Below, piece by piece: positions 1-10,065 of a DNA stretch of 64,000 nucleotides. The stretch's first letter is position 1. Each line of letters opens with the position of its first letter. Below the pieces are notes generated by a model. The model did not search any database. It saw nothing but the letters and a program-made list of their open reading frames with translations, and was not told the DNA's origin. A program made the translations under genes and the position numbers. The stretch covers positions 15,881-79,880 of the forward strand of contig JAJEHL010000022.1 of the NCBI GenBank assembly GCA_022823725.1, read 5' to 3'. Source of the stretch: Candidatus Latescibacterota bacterium (GTDB taxonomy: Bacteria; Latescibacterota; UBA2968).

Positions 1-432
1 AAACGCTGGGCAATAGCCACCCGCGGCGACGCCGACGACGTGGTCAAAGCCTGGGTAAAAAAAGAATCTGGGCAACTCTTAGATGTGCAAATCAATCAGG
101 CCTCTGCCTATACAATGCCCCTCTGGCATATTTGCGGAAAATACGGCACGGCCATCCGGGAGGACAACGTATTCAAAGTACGATATTACGACCCCGCAGA
201 AGCGCCTCCATTAGACATCGTCGAAGGCGCGGCACCCGAACGCAGCTATGACAATCGGGACCGACTGCCCTGGCGGGAAGAGGATATCCCCATTACCCGG
301 GACAAACAGCGCGACTTCTACGCCAACATCTACGACGTAATCATCAACAACGCCATCCCCTATATTCGCATCGAAGAATCGCGCGAACTCATGCGCGTCA
401 TGGACTTATGCCGCCAGAGTGCCAAATTTTAA
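1..432 (+). CDS. Probable Gfo/Idh/MocA oxidoreductase, C-terminal part (5' truncated by window edge)
   Basis: Frame open from base 1. The C-terminal pattern (DFYANIYDVI...EESRELMRVMDL) resembles Gfo/Idh/MocA C-termini. Upstream of a sugar isomerase. Confidence 0.5.
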   Translation, partial: KRWAIATRGDADDVVKAWVKKESGQLLDVQINQASAYTMPLWHICGKYGTAIREDNVFKVRYYDPAEAPPLDIVEGAAPERSYDNRDRLPWREEDIPITRDKQRDFYANIYDVIINNAIPYIRIEESRELMRVMDLCRQSAKF

Positions 433-444
433 TCAGGAGAAACA

Positions 445-1293
445 ATGAAACTTTCACTCACTTCTGTCATGCTTCCCAGATGGGATTTGGAAACCACATT
501 CAAAAAATTGGAAAAACACGGTTACGAAGGCCTTGAGCTCCGCTGCCGATACAACGACCCCAATGCTGAATTGTCCAATTGGGGCCGCCACCTCACGGAT
601 GTAAGCCCGGAAAATATCGTGGATAAAGCAGCGCAGATACGCGACCTCTCAAACCAAACCGGGATACGCGTTTGTACCCTTGCGTCCAATTTCACGTATG
701 ATCGAACCGATATTATCGAAAAAATATTCAAAGGCGCACGCGCAATCGACTCCGATAACCCACCCCTCATTCGCGTTGGAGCCCAGAGCCACGACCGCCA
801 CGCACCCTATATACCCCAATTCCTCAAAGCGCGTGCGGGATTTGCCGATCTCGTCGAAATGGCGCGCGATTACGGCGTCAAAATCATCTATGAAATCCAC
901 GTCGGCACCATCGCTGTAACCGCATCGCGCACCATTGCCCTCTTAGAAAACCTCGATCCCAATCACATCGGTGCCATCTGGGATGTGCCCAATATGATCC
1001 GCGTGGGCCTCGAAGACAGCAAAATGGGCCTCGAACTCCTCGGCCCGTATCTCGCGCATGTACATATCGGCAATGCCACGCCCGTGCAAACCGGGCGCGA
1101 CGAAACCGGAAGCATGCAATGGGAATGGGATTTCAGCGACCTGCGAGAGGGCATGGCAGACATTCCGCAAATTATCCAGGACCTCAAAGACGTCGGATAT
1201 CGGGGTTATATCTCACTCGAAGAATTTGGTCCCGGCGATGACGAAGAAAAAATCAGTTCCCAGGGCAAATATTTGAAATCCCTCATCAATTAA
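445..1293 (+). CDS. Sugar phosphate isomerase/epimerase (xylose isomerase-like TIM barrel)
   Basis: GYEGLEL, YEIH, WDVPN, HVHIGN and ISLEE metal-ligand motifs; RBS AGGAG. Confidence 0.85.
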   Translation: MKLSLTSVMLPRWDLETTFKKLEKHGYEGLELRCRYNDPNAELSNWGRHLTDVSPENIVDKAAQIRDLSNQTGIRVCTLASNFTYDRTDIIEKIFKGARAIDSDNPPLIRVGAQSHDRHAPYIPQFLKARAGFADLVEMARDYGVKIIYEIHVGTIAVTASRTIALLENLDPNHIGAIWDVPNMIRVGLEDSKMGLELLGPYLAHVHIGNATPVQTGRDETGSMQWEWDFSDLREGMADIPQIIQDLKDVGYRGYISLEEFGPGDDEEKISSQGKYLKSLIN

Positions 1294-1306
1294 TAAGGAG
1301 CACAAT

Positions 1307-2191
1307 ATGATCCCCCTCATCAGCAGCCTTGCCTATGGCCCGCTCGGCGCGTGTCAATTGCCCCGAACATGGTGGAAAGTCCTCACGCGCAACGCCGGTA
1401 TTTTAGACGACGAATATCCCGACGTCAGCGATGGCCTGGACCGCAGAGTTCTCGAAGTACTCGGCCTGGACCGCGAGACCACATTGGCTTACCTGCGCGA
1501 AAACATGCCCTCGTACCTCGAATTTGAAGCCTGGGTACTCGAACAAAAGGGCGACGACTTCTGGGGCTTTGAGCAACAAGACGCTATCGTCCGATGGAAC
1601 GCATTTATCCACGCACGGCGGCACAGAAGCCCTGAAAAAATCGAAGAAACGTACACAGACACGGGCCTGCCGCGAGATGCGGGCATCGACTCTGCAACCG
1701 TGCTCAACAGCCTTCAGGATTGGCAATTATTTTACAAACGCGACCTATCCGAACTCAGCGGAAACATCGTACCCCTCGTCGCCACAATCGACTACGGCCC
1801 CCTCGGCGTGCGCCAGCTGCCCCGCACCTGGCACAAAATCCTCCTCCGCGCAAAAGGCCTGCTACACCCCGACTACCCCGACATGACGGAGAGCGGCCTT
1901 GACCCCCGCGTACTGCGCGCATTAAATCTGGACATCGACGCCACATTAAACCACATCCGCGAAAACCTGCCGTCCTATCTCGAATTTGAAGGCTGGGTAC
2001 TCGAACAATGCGGCGGTCAAATTCCCGCGCAAGCCGTTGACGAATGGAATGACTACTTGTGCAATCGCATCCACAACGACGCCAAACGCGCAGAAATCCG
2101 CGCAACCGTGGGTTGTGGCGACATATCCTCAGCTGTCGTACTCAACCACATTGAAGACTGGCATTTCGCACACCAGTGGCTCTTAATATGA
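1307..2191 (+). CDS. Protein of two tandem DUF5069-like domains
   Basis: Internal duplication: PL...YGPLG.xQLPRTW.K...YPD...GLD.RVL...RENxPSYLEFExWVLEQ...VLNxxxDW occurs twice. The family assignment is by resemblance. Confidence 0.6.
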   Translation: MIPLISSLAYGPLGACQLPRTWWKVLTRNAGILDDEYPDVSDGLDRRVLEVLGLDRETTLAYLRENMPSYLEFEAWVLEQKGDDFWGFEQQDAIVRWNAFIHARRHRSPEKIEETYTDTGLPRDAGIDSATVLNSLQDWQLFYKRDLSELSGNIVPLVATIDYGPLGVRQLPRTWHKILLRAKGLLHPDYPDMTESGLDPRVLRALNLDIDATLNHIRENLPSYLEFEGWVLEQCGGQIPAQAVDEWNDYLCNRIHNDAKRAEIRATVGCGDISSAVVLNHIEDWHFAHQWLLI

Positions 2192-2206
2192 AAAGGAAAA
2201 AAGAAA

Positions 2207-3316
2207 ATGTCTATCGAACTCGGCGAATTATCCAATGGCGTGTCACTCACACAGGTGACCACAGACACACGCGACAAATCCAACATCTACTGCGAACTGC
2301 CCTACTGCTCTGCTGACTCGCGCGTCTTTGTCTATGAGCAAAAAAATTCAGACACCGCGCCCAACACCACCGAATACGTCGCCTGCGAATTTGGCACCTG
2401 GGAAACCGAAGTCATCGGCCGCGGTCTGGGCGGACCTGGCATGACCCACAGCGGTATCTTCTTTTATCGGCGCATTGTCCCCAACAAATGCCAGGAACTC
2501 GTGCGCGTTGACCTGCGCACGGGCAAACAGCGCGTCATCCAGGAATTTCCCGAAGACCTTCAAACACGCGGACTGGGCACCTTATCGCCCAATGAACGCT
2601 ATTACGCTTATGGCGTCACCATCAGCTATCACCCCAAAATGTTTGGCATAGAACTCGTCGATCTCCAAAAGGGAACGCGAGAAATCATCAACACCGACCC
2701 CGACATCTGCAACCCACACACGCAATTTGAACCCACAGAAGGCAAACAAATCATGGTTCAGCACAACCGGGGTTGCGAATTTAAACCCGACGGCACCCGC
2801 GTCAAACTCGTCGGCGACGAAGGCGCCACCGAATACCTCGTCGATATACCCGACGGCAAAGTCACGCGCCTTCAGGTCGGGCTACCCCATACACCGAGCA
2901 TCACGGGCCATGAAGCCTGGATCGCGGGCGCGAATGAAATCCTCCTATCCGTCCGCGCCGAAGGCGAGTACGCATCCGACAAGGGCAACCTCGTCAAAAT
3001 ATCGGCAAACAATCCCCCAGAGCGCGTCGGCACACCGGGCTATCGCTTCAACCACGTCGGCACCTCCCCGTGTGGTCAATACTTCTTCTGCGACGACTGG
3101 CAAGGCGCCAGCAAACTCATCGTCGGCAATATCCGGACCGGCAAAACCGCAGTCGTATGCGAAGCGCACACATCCATGAGCACCGCGCAAAACACCCACG
3201 GGCATCCCTATCTCTCGCCCGATCTCAAATGGCTCGTCTTCAACTCCGACCGCTCGGGCCATCCCCAAATCCACGTCGCATCCGTGCCTTCTGATCTCAT
3301 CGCGCAGTTGAATTAG
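2207..3316 (+). CDS. Oligogalacturonate lyase-like / TolB-type beta-propeller protein
   Basis: [21 protein letters not shown] and VFNSDRSG motifs typical of Ogl-like propellers. Confidence 0.65.
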   Translation: MSIELGELSNGVSLTQVTTDTRDKSNIYCELPYCSADSRVFVYEQKNSDTAPNTTEYVACEFGTWETEVIGRGLGGPGMTHSGIFFYRRIVPNKCQELVRVDLRTGKQRVIQEFPEDLQTRGLGTLSPNERYYAYGVTISYHPKMFGIELVDLQKGTREIINTDPDICNPHTQFEPTEGKQIMVQHNRGCEFKPDGTRVKLVGDEGATEYLVDIPDGKVTRLQVGLPHTPSITGHEAWIAGANEILLSVRAEGEYASDKGNLVKISANNPPERVGTPGYRFNHVGTSPCGQYFFCDDWQGASKLIVGNIRTGKTAVVCEAHTSMSTAQNTHGHPYLSPDLKWLVFNSDRSGHPQIHVASVPSDLIAQLN

Positions 3317-3342
3317 ACAACCCACAACCAACAGGAGCACAC

Positions 3343-4746
3343 ATGAGTGAAAGACCCAATATCCTATTTATCATGACCGATGATCATGCATCGCATGCTA
3401 TGAGTTGTTATAACAGTCGGATTAACGAAACGCCCAACCTGGACCGCATTGCCGAAGGCGGAATGCGCTTTAACAACTGCTTTTGCACCAACTCGATCTG
3501 CGCGCCGAGCCGGGCGGTAATCCTCACCGGAACTTACAACCACATCAACGGCGTAACCACACTGCGCACAAATTTAGACGGACGACAGGTCACATTTCCC
3601 AAACTGTTACAAGCAGCGGGATATCAAACCGCAATGGTAGGCAAATGGCATCTCGGGCACGGCGGACACAATGACCCCACCGGATTTGACTACTGGAACG
3701 TACTCCCCGGCCAGGGCGCGTATCACAACCCCATGATGTACGACATGGGCAAAGAAGTCCATTACGAGGGATACACCACAGACATCATAACCGACCTCGC
3801 ACTGGATTGGTTAAAAGACCGCGACAAAAACAGGCCATTCATGCTCATGTATCACCACAAAGCACCCCACCGTCCCTGGGAGCCAGACGACAAACACGCG
3901 GACATGTACGAAGACATCGACATCCCGGAACCCGAAACACTATGGGACGACTACAGCAACCGCGCCACAGCCGCATCTCAGGCTGAAATGCGCGTCAACC
4001 GCGACCTGAATCCCCGCGACCTGAAACAGCCCGTACCCGAAGGCTTGAGTCCCGAAGAAGACATGAAATGGAAATACCAGCGCTACATAAAAGACTACTT
4101 GCGCTGCGTGGCATCTGTCGATGACAACGTCGGCCGCGTACTGGATTACCTGGACGAAGAGAACCTGACCGACAACACCATCGTCGTCTATACATCGGAC
4201 CAGGGCTTTTACCTGGGCGACCACGGCTGGTACGACAAACGCTTCATGTACGAAGAATCTCTCCGCATGCCGTTCCTCATCCGGTACCCCAAAGAAATCA
4301 AAGCCGGCAGTGTCTGCGACGACATGATCCTCAACGTAGATTTCGCATCCACATTTTTGGACTACGCTGGTATAAACATCCCCAGCCATTTTCAGGGACA
4401 CAGCATGCGCCCCCTGTTAAACGGCGACCGACCCGCGTACTGGCGCGCCTCGATGTATTACCGCTACTGGATGCACCTGAACGGACACAATATCTACGCG
4501 CACTACGGAGTCAGAACGCATCGGCACAAACTCATCTACTACTACGCCGACGGATGTGGACAAGAAGGCGCCTCGGACGACGCCCGAGAACCAGAGTGGG
4601 AATTATTTGACCTGGACAAAGACCCGTATGAATTGAACAGCGTCTATCACAACCCGGAATACGCAGAAATAGTCGCCGAACTAAAAGACGAACTCCACCG
4701 TTTGCAGGATGAAGTGGGAGATGAGCGGTATGAAAAAGACATTTAA
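3343..4746 (+). CDS. Sulfatase (Cys-type)
   Basis: [16 protein letters not shown] signature, [23 protein letters not shown]. Confidence 0.95.
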   Translation: MSERPNILFIMTDDHASHAMSCYNSRINETPNLDRIAEGGMRFNNCFCTNSICAPSRAVILTGTYNHINGVTTLRTNLDGRQVTFPKLLQAAGYQTAMVGKWHLGHGGHNDPTGFDYWNVLPGQGAYHNPMMYDMGKEVHYEGYTTDIITDLALDWLKDRDKNRPFMLMYHHKAPHRPWEPDDKHADMYEDIDIPEPETLWDDYSNRATAASQAEMRVNRDLNPRDLKQPVPEGLSPEEDMKWKYQRYIKDYLRCVASVDDNVGRVLDYLDEENLTDNTIVVYTSDQGFYLGDHGWYDKRFMYEESLRMPFLIRYPKEIKAGSVCDDMILNVDFASTFLDYAGINIPSHFQGHSMRPLLNGDRPAYWRASMYYRYWMHLNGHNIYAHYGVRTHRHKLIYYYADGCGQEGASDDAREPEWELFDLDKDPYELNSVYHNPEYAEIVAELKDELHRLQDEVGDERYEKDI

Positions 4747-4782
4747 ATAGTTGTCTATGAGTTTTATGGTAAAAAAAACCTT

Positions 4783-4841
4783 CTGGATCGCGGCTAAGCA
4801 TGTCCCCGCATGATTTAAGCGGGGAACCATGCCGCGATGAC
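4783..4841. repeat. REP-like hairpin family, copy A (with inner stem-loop insert)
   Basis: CTGGATCGCGGC...GCCGCGATGAC enclosing TCCCCGC/GCGGGGA. Confidence 0.85.
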
Positions 4842-4916
4842 AGAGGGTGTAGCATCAGGTCGCTTTTTGATGCCGATCTCATTCGCTTAGAAATGACTAC
4901 TTAAGAGGATTGTTTA

Positions 4917-6263
4917 ATGCCCAATGTCGTATTCATCATGACCGACAACCAGGGCGCCTGGACCCTGGGCTGCTATGGCAATCCAGACATACAAACCCCC
5001 AACATCGACAGACTCGCAGATGAAGGGGTCCGGTTTTCCAACGCCTACTGCGTAAACTCGGTCTGCTCGCCCAGCCGCGCCACATTCATGACCGGACTGA
5101 TCCCCTCCCAACACGGCGTACACTGTTACCTCGGCGGAGAAAGACCAGATGCACAAATGGGACCAGACGCGTACTGCACCATTCGCGAATTTGCAAACCT
5201 CCCCCGCGTAATGGCAGATGCGGGCCATGTATGCGGACTGAGCGGAAAATGGCATCTGGGAGACAGCATGCGGCCCCAGGAGGGATTCTCATACTGGTTT
5301 ACCCGCCCAAAGGGACACACCACCACATTTTACGACGATGAATGGATCTGGCGAGAACAGGTTTACACCGAACCGCGATACACAACCGAAGCCATAACAG
5401 AACACGCCCTGAAATTTCTGCGGCAAAACCACCACCAGCCGTTCTTTCTCTACGTAGCGTACAACGGACCCTACGGCCTGGGCCAGAGCATGCTGGAAAC
5501 ACATGTCAACCGGCACACCGAATACTACGCGGACAAAGAACTGCCGAGTTTTCCCAGAGAACCGGTACATCCGTGGCTACGCAGCAATCGGGACATGATC
5601 AACAACCCGGTGAGCATTCGAGGATATGCCGCAGCGGTGAGTGGGGTAGATGATGGGGTAGGCGAAATAACAAACGCCATAAAAGAATACGGCCTGGAAG
5701 AAGACACCCTGATAATATTCACAGCAGATCAGGGCTGGTGCGGTGGACATCACGGAATGTGGGGCATGGGAGACCACTCCCGGCCCCTTCATACTTATGA
5801 AGAAACCATCCACATTCCCCTGATATTCCGCCAGCCCGGGCGGATACCGGCAGACAGGGTCTTTGAAGGTAGAACATGCAACTACGACTTCTTCCCATCC
5901 GTACTGAACTACCTGGGATTACAGGATCGGATCGCCGACAACCCCAATCTCCCGGGCACGAGTTATGCCCCAGCACTTATGGGAAAAGAAATGGCGTGGC
6001 ATAATGAAATATACCACGAATTTGAAAACGCGCGCATGGTGCGAAATGACCGCTGGAAATACACCTGGCGTCACCCTGATGGCCCGGATGAACTATACGA
6101 TATGCAGGCAGACCCGGAAGAACGCAACAACCTGGCGAACCGCTCCCACACAAACGTCATCAACGAATGTCGCAACCGCATCCAGAACTTCTTTAACCAG
6201 TACGCAGACCCTCAGTACGACCTGTGGCGCGGGGGACGCTCCAAAGCGGGACGAATCGGATAA
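4917..6263 (+). CDS. Sulfatase (Cys-type)
   Basis: PNVVFIMTDNQ, CSPSR, GKWHLG, FTADQG. Confidence 0.95.
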   Translation: MPNVVFIMTDNQGAWTLGCYGNPDIQTPNIDRLADEGVRFSNAYCVNSVCSPSRATFMTGLIPSQHGVHCYLGGERPDAQMGPDAYCTIREFANLPRVMADAGHVCGLSGKWHLGDSMRPQEGFSYWFTRPKGHTTTFYDDEWIWREQVYTEPRYTTEAITEHALKFLRQNHHQPFFLYVAYNGPYGLGQSMLETHVNRHTEYYADKELPSFPREPVHPWLRSNRDMINNPVSIRGYAAAVSGVDDGVGEITNAIKEYGLEEDTLIIFTADQGWCGGHHGMWGMGDHSRPLHTYEETIHIPLIFRQPGRIPADRVFEGRTCNYDFFPSVLNYLGLQDRIADNPNLPGTSYAPALMGKEMAWHNEIYHEFENARMVRNDRWKYTWRHPDGPDELYDMQADPEERNNLANRSHTNVINECRNRIQNFFNQYADPQYDLWRGGRSKAGRIG

Positions 6264-6273
6264 CAGTACCTCC

Positions 6274-7443
6274 CTACTCCTCCCAAATCAGTGCCAGCGC
6301 GCCCGTATAACTATGTACAAAATTGCGCCCGCCCACAGGTGCCAACTCCGAGTTGCCAAAAAAGCCAGCCATTGGAAAAGCGCCCAGGTGTTTTCGAATC
6401 ACCAGAACATCGTGATCGGGCTGGCCATAAAGCCCAAATCCGCGTCCCATACAGTTAAAATACAAACCACATGTATTGGACGGGCGCCCGACAGATTCCC
6501 GCAACTCCTGCATCACCTTCACCATATCTTCATGTCCCGCATGGGGTGTGCGCCTATTAAATTGAATGGTCTGTCCCACAGACACCTGTTCATTAACTGC
6601 AATCGCGCCCGACTGCTCGTCGATATGTGTCAAACTGCGAATTAAAAAATCGCCTCGCCCCCGTTCAATTGCGTATTCATCCATCGCCAGACCCACAAAA
6701 ATATTGTAGCGCAAATCGGCCTTTTCCTCTGCCGAAAGCGTATTGAGCGCCTCCTTCAGCGCATCCACAGCCGGAACAAATGCGATCTGCTGAATCACAT
6801 TGTCCTCGGCTCTGGTAATCGCATAAGCCTGTCCAAACGGTTGGCAACCTTGTGCCACCCCCGTAGCCACCTTTACTCCGGACAACAACGCCCCCACCAC
6901 GCCGTGTTCACCAATCCACTGTCCACACCATTGCAATGTCTGCGGCGACGCTGATCCCCACGGATTGCCCGACGCAACGCCCCCCACAACGGGCACATCG
7001 CCAGCCATCTCGGCAATCTGTTCCAGACAAATCGCCGGATTGGAATAAATCCCACACATAAGCACCAGCAACGCATCCTCTGTGCCCTGGGCTGCCACGC
7101 GCTCGCCAATCACAACCCCGGCATCGGCACCCTCTGCCACAAGAGGTGTCACCTCGAGATGATCTCCGCCCAAAACCAGCACCGCCACCCCAGGCTCGCG
7201 ATCATTTTCTCGGGCATCTGTCAAAACCCCCATGCCACTACATCCAAACACAGCCTCTGTCTGCACCCGATCGATAACAACATCCACCATAGCAGCCGCA
7301 TCGCCCATGTGGTGATAGGTCAAAAAAAGAAACGCAGCATCAACCGCAACATCGCCCAGCCCCTTCATGGCTTCTGACAAAGCGGCCTCAACAGCGTACA
7401 TGCCTTCGGCTTCATTTGAATGTCCAGCCCCGGATCGCAGCAT
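6274..7443 (-). CDS. FIST (FIST_N + FIST_C) signal-transduction domain protein
   Basis: GGVASG, QGCQPFG, YFNCMGRG and GFFGNSE motifs. Start moved to ATG 7443 (MLRSGAGHS) behind GGGGAAG. Confidence 0.85.
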   Translation of the reverse strand: MLRSGAGHSNEAEGMYAVEAALSEAMKGLGDVAVDAAFLFLTYHHMGDAAAMVDVVIDRVQTEAVFGCSGMGVLTDARENDREPGVAVLVLGGDHLEVTPLVAEGADAGVVIGERVAAQGTEDALLVLMCGIYSNPAICLEQIAEMAGDVPVVGGVASGNPWGSASPQTLQWCGQWIGEHGVVGALLSGVKVATGVAQGCQPFGQAYAITRAEDNVIQQIAFVPAVDALKEALNTLSAEEKADLRYNIFVGLAMDEYAIERGRGDFLIRSLTHIDEQSGAIAVNEQVSVGQTIQFNRRTPHAGHEDMVKVMQELRESVGRPSNTCGLYFNCMGRGFGLYGQPDHDVLVIRKHLGAFPMAGFFGNSELAPVGGRNFVHSYTGALALIWEE

Positions 7444-7674
7444 ATCTTCCCCACGGCAAAAACGACTTCTAAAAATATTGTTATGCAATATAGAGGCAAA
7501 AAATCGCAGATCAAACAATTTCCGAACTGACCTTTTTGAACAGATGTATTGGATTTGCCTCTCATGCTATATTATTAGAACAATACTTGCGACACACATG
7601 TAAATACCTTATATTAAATTGCTCTAAAATTATACCTCCAAATCCCTCTAAAATCACCCCAAAGAGCCTTCCCA

Positions 7675-8142
7675 ATGGATCTGAATTACAGTCTCCACAA
7701 CGACACAGTAAAACACGTTGATCTCTCCTTTTACGTCGAAGTACAAAAAGACAATCCCGTTGATCAGGTCATCGCCAAAATGCAGAATAGTCAGCGCAAA
7801 TGCGCGCTGGTCATGGACCAGGGCAAACTAATCGGCATCTTTACAGCACACGATATTGCCCGCCGCGTAATCGACCAATCCGAAGTAATCAACGAGCCTA
7901 TAGAAGCGATCATGACCCCCGATCCGCTCACCCTGAAATCGGATATCACACTCATCGAAGCCATCCGATTTATGAGCGACAAACCCCACCGATACATGCC
8001 CGTTGTAGATGCAGAAGGGCGCGTATTGGGCACACTGACACACTATGCCATCATCAAATACATGAGCGATCATTTCCCAGAAGAAATCTACAACTTACCG
8101 CCAACCCCCGACCACTTTGCCAGCGCTCGGGATGGTGCCTAA
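7675..8142 (+). CDS. Stand-alone CBS-pair (Bateman) protein
   Basis: Two CBS repeats (LIGIFTAHDI; IMTPDP...MPVVD...GTLT). Confidence 0.85.
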   Translation: MDLNYSLHNDTVKHVDLSFYVEVQKDNPVDQVIAKMQNSQRKCALVMDQGKLIGIFTAHDIARRVIDQSEVINEPIEAIMTPDPLTLKSDITLIEAIRFMSDKPHRYMPVVDAEGRVLGTLTHYAIIKYMSDHFPEEIYNLPPTPDHFASARDGA

Positions 8143-8160
8143 AATACTTCAGGAGGATTT

Positions 8161-10050
8161 ATGGCCGAAATAGACATCGAAGAAACGGCCGAATCGACAC
8201 TTTTCGAACTGTCCGAAATCGAATCCATTGCCATTCGCTTTGCGGGTGATTCCGGTGATGGCAGTCAGCTCATAGGCAAAGAATTTGCCAACACCTCGGC
8301 AATAGTCGGCAATGACATCAGCACCCTTCCGGACTTTCCCGCTGAAATCCGCGCGCCCGCTGGCACATTGCCCGGTGTTAGCGGGTTTCAAATCCACATA
8401 TCCAGCGAAGACATATACACGCCCGGGGATGAGCCTCAAGTCCTCGTAGCGATGAACCCGGCAGCACTCAAAGCCAATGTCAACGACCTTCCAGACGGCG
8501 GCATCATCATTGCCAATACAGACAACTTCACGCGCAATAATCTGCGCAAAGCCGGATACGACAGCGATCCCCTCGAAGGCAATGGCCTCTCCAATTATCG
8601 CGTGGTCAAAGTACCCCTCACCACGCTGCACAAAGAAGCGGTCGCACACGTTGAGGGCCTGACCAATCGCCAGATTGACATGATGAAAAACTTCTTCGCA
8701 CTGGGCCTGTCCTACTGGATCTTCGACCGCCCGATAGAGCCGACCATTCGCATGCTCGAAAAGAAATTTCAGGGCAAAGACGAAATCATCGACGGCAATG
8801 TGAGCACCCTGAAAGCCGGCTACAACTTTGGTGAAACAGTCGAAGAATTTCAGATTCAGTACCAGGTCAAGAAAGCCGTCGTCGCACCGGGCACTTATCG
8901 CGCTGTCACGGGCACACAAGCCACGGCAATAGGCATGGTCACCGCAGCTCACAAAGCGGGCAAAACCCTCTTTTACGGCAGCTATCCCATCACGCCAGCC
9001 AGCGCAGTACTCGAAGAATTGGCCGCATTGAAAAATTTTGACGTGCGAACCTTTCAAGCAGAAGATGAAATTTCCGCACTGGGGGCGGTCATCGGCGCTG
9101 CTTTTGGGGGTGCGTTTGCCGCCACAGGCACCAGTGGTCCCGGCATCGCACTAAAAAGCGAAGCCATGAACCTCGCCCTGATGATGGAATTGCCCCTCGT
9201 TATCTGCAACTTTCAGCGCGGCGGTCCCAGCACCGGCATGCCCACCAAAACAGAACAATCTGATCTGCTCCAATGCATGTTTGGTCGCAATGGTGACAGC
9301 CCCATCCCCATTGTCTCACCGGCCACGCCATCAGACTGCTTTGACATGGTCATCGAAGCGTTCCGCATCGCCGTAGAAACCATGAGTCCGGTCATTTTCC
9401 TCTCCGATGGATACCTCAACACCAGCGCTGAACCGTGGAAAATTCCCGATCCGGATGATATTCCGACCATTTCAGTCGAACACAGAACCGATCCCGAGGG
9501 CTTCTTGCCCTATCTGCGAGACCCAAAAACGCTATCTCGCCCCTGGGTATTGCCGGGCACGCCGGGCCTTGAACACAGACTGGGTGGACTGGGCAAAGAA
9601 GACGGCACGGGCAATGTATCCTACGACCCGGATGACAACCAGCACATGGCGAACATACGCGCCGAACGTTTGGCGCGCATCGCCGACCGTATTCCACTCC
9701 AGCACGTCATGGGGCCCAAATCGGGCGATCTGCTCGTCCTGGGCTGGGGATGTACTTATGGTGCGATCCGCTCGGCAGTGCGCCGAATGCGACAGCAAGG
9801 CTATTCGGTTGCCGCAGCACATCTGCGCTATCTCAACCCATTCCCCAAAAATCTGGGCGCGATACTATCGAGTTACAAAACCATACTCGTGCCCGAACTC
9901 AACATGGGACAATTGTCTTTGCTGCTCCAGGCCAAATATCCCACACAGGTCATCGCCCCCTTCAATAAAGTTCAGGGATTGCCCTTCAAAATTTCAGAAC
10001 TCGCCGACAAAATCGCCGAAATACTGGGTGCTCCAAAGAACGCATCATGA
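8161..10050 (+). CDS. korA: 2-oxoacid:ferredoxin oxidoreductase alpha subunit (gamma-alpha fused; likely 2-oxoglutarate type)
   Basis: FAGDSGDGSQ, SYPITPAS, QAEDEI, TSGPG, QRGGPSTG motifs. Confidence 0.93.
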   Translation: MAEIDIEETAESTLFELSEIESIAIRFAGDSGDGSQLIGKEFANTSAIVGNDISTLPDFPAEIRAPAGTLPGVSGFQIHISSEDIYTPGDEPQVLVAMNPAALKANVNDLPDGGIIIANTDNFTRNNLRKAGYDSDPLEGNGLSNYRVVKVPLTTLHKEAVAHVEGLTNRQIDMMKNFFALGLSYWIFDRPIEPTIRMLEKKFQGKDEIIDGNVSTLKAGYNFGETVEEFQIQYQVKKAVVAPGTYRAVTGTQATAIGMVTAAHKAGKTLFYGSYPITPASAVLEELAALKNFDVRTFQAEDEISALGAVIGAAFGGAFAATGTSGPGIALKSEAMNLALMMELPLVICNFQRGGPSTGMPTKTEQSDLLQCMFGRNGDSPIPIVSPATPSDCFDMVIEAFRIAVETMSPVIFLSDGYLNTSAEPWKIPDPDDIPTISVEHRTDPEGFLPYLRDPKTLSRPWVLPGTPGLEHRLGGLGKEDGTGNVSYDPDDNQHMANIRAERLARIADRIPLQHVMGPKSGDLLVLGWGCTYGAIRSAVRRMRQQGYSVAAAHLRYLNPFPKNLGAILSSYKTILVPELNMGQLSLLLQAKYPTQVIAPFNKVQGLPFKISELADKIAEILGAPKNAS

Positions 10051-10065
10051 TAGAGGAATCCAAAC

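Noticed and set aside
8149-9057. Long antisense ORFs such as 8149..9057, 10474..11193, 12759..13475, 15434..16282, 26312..26953, 37114..38100, 38244..39146, 40011..41018, 48319..49092, 51536..52330
   Set aside because: They lie opposite or overlap well-supported genes, have biased composition and no family motifs; expected from codon bias.
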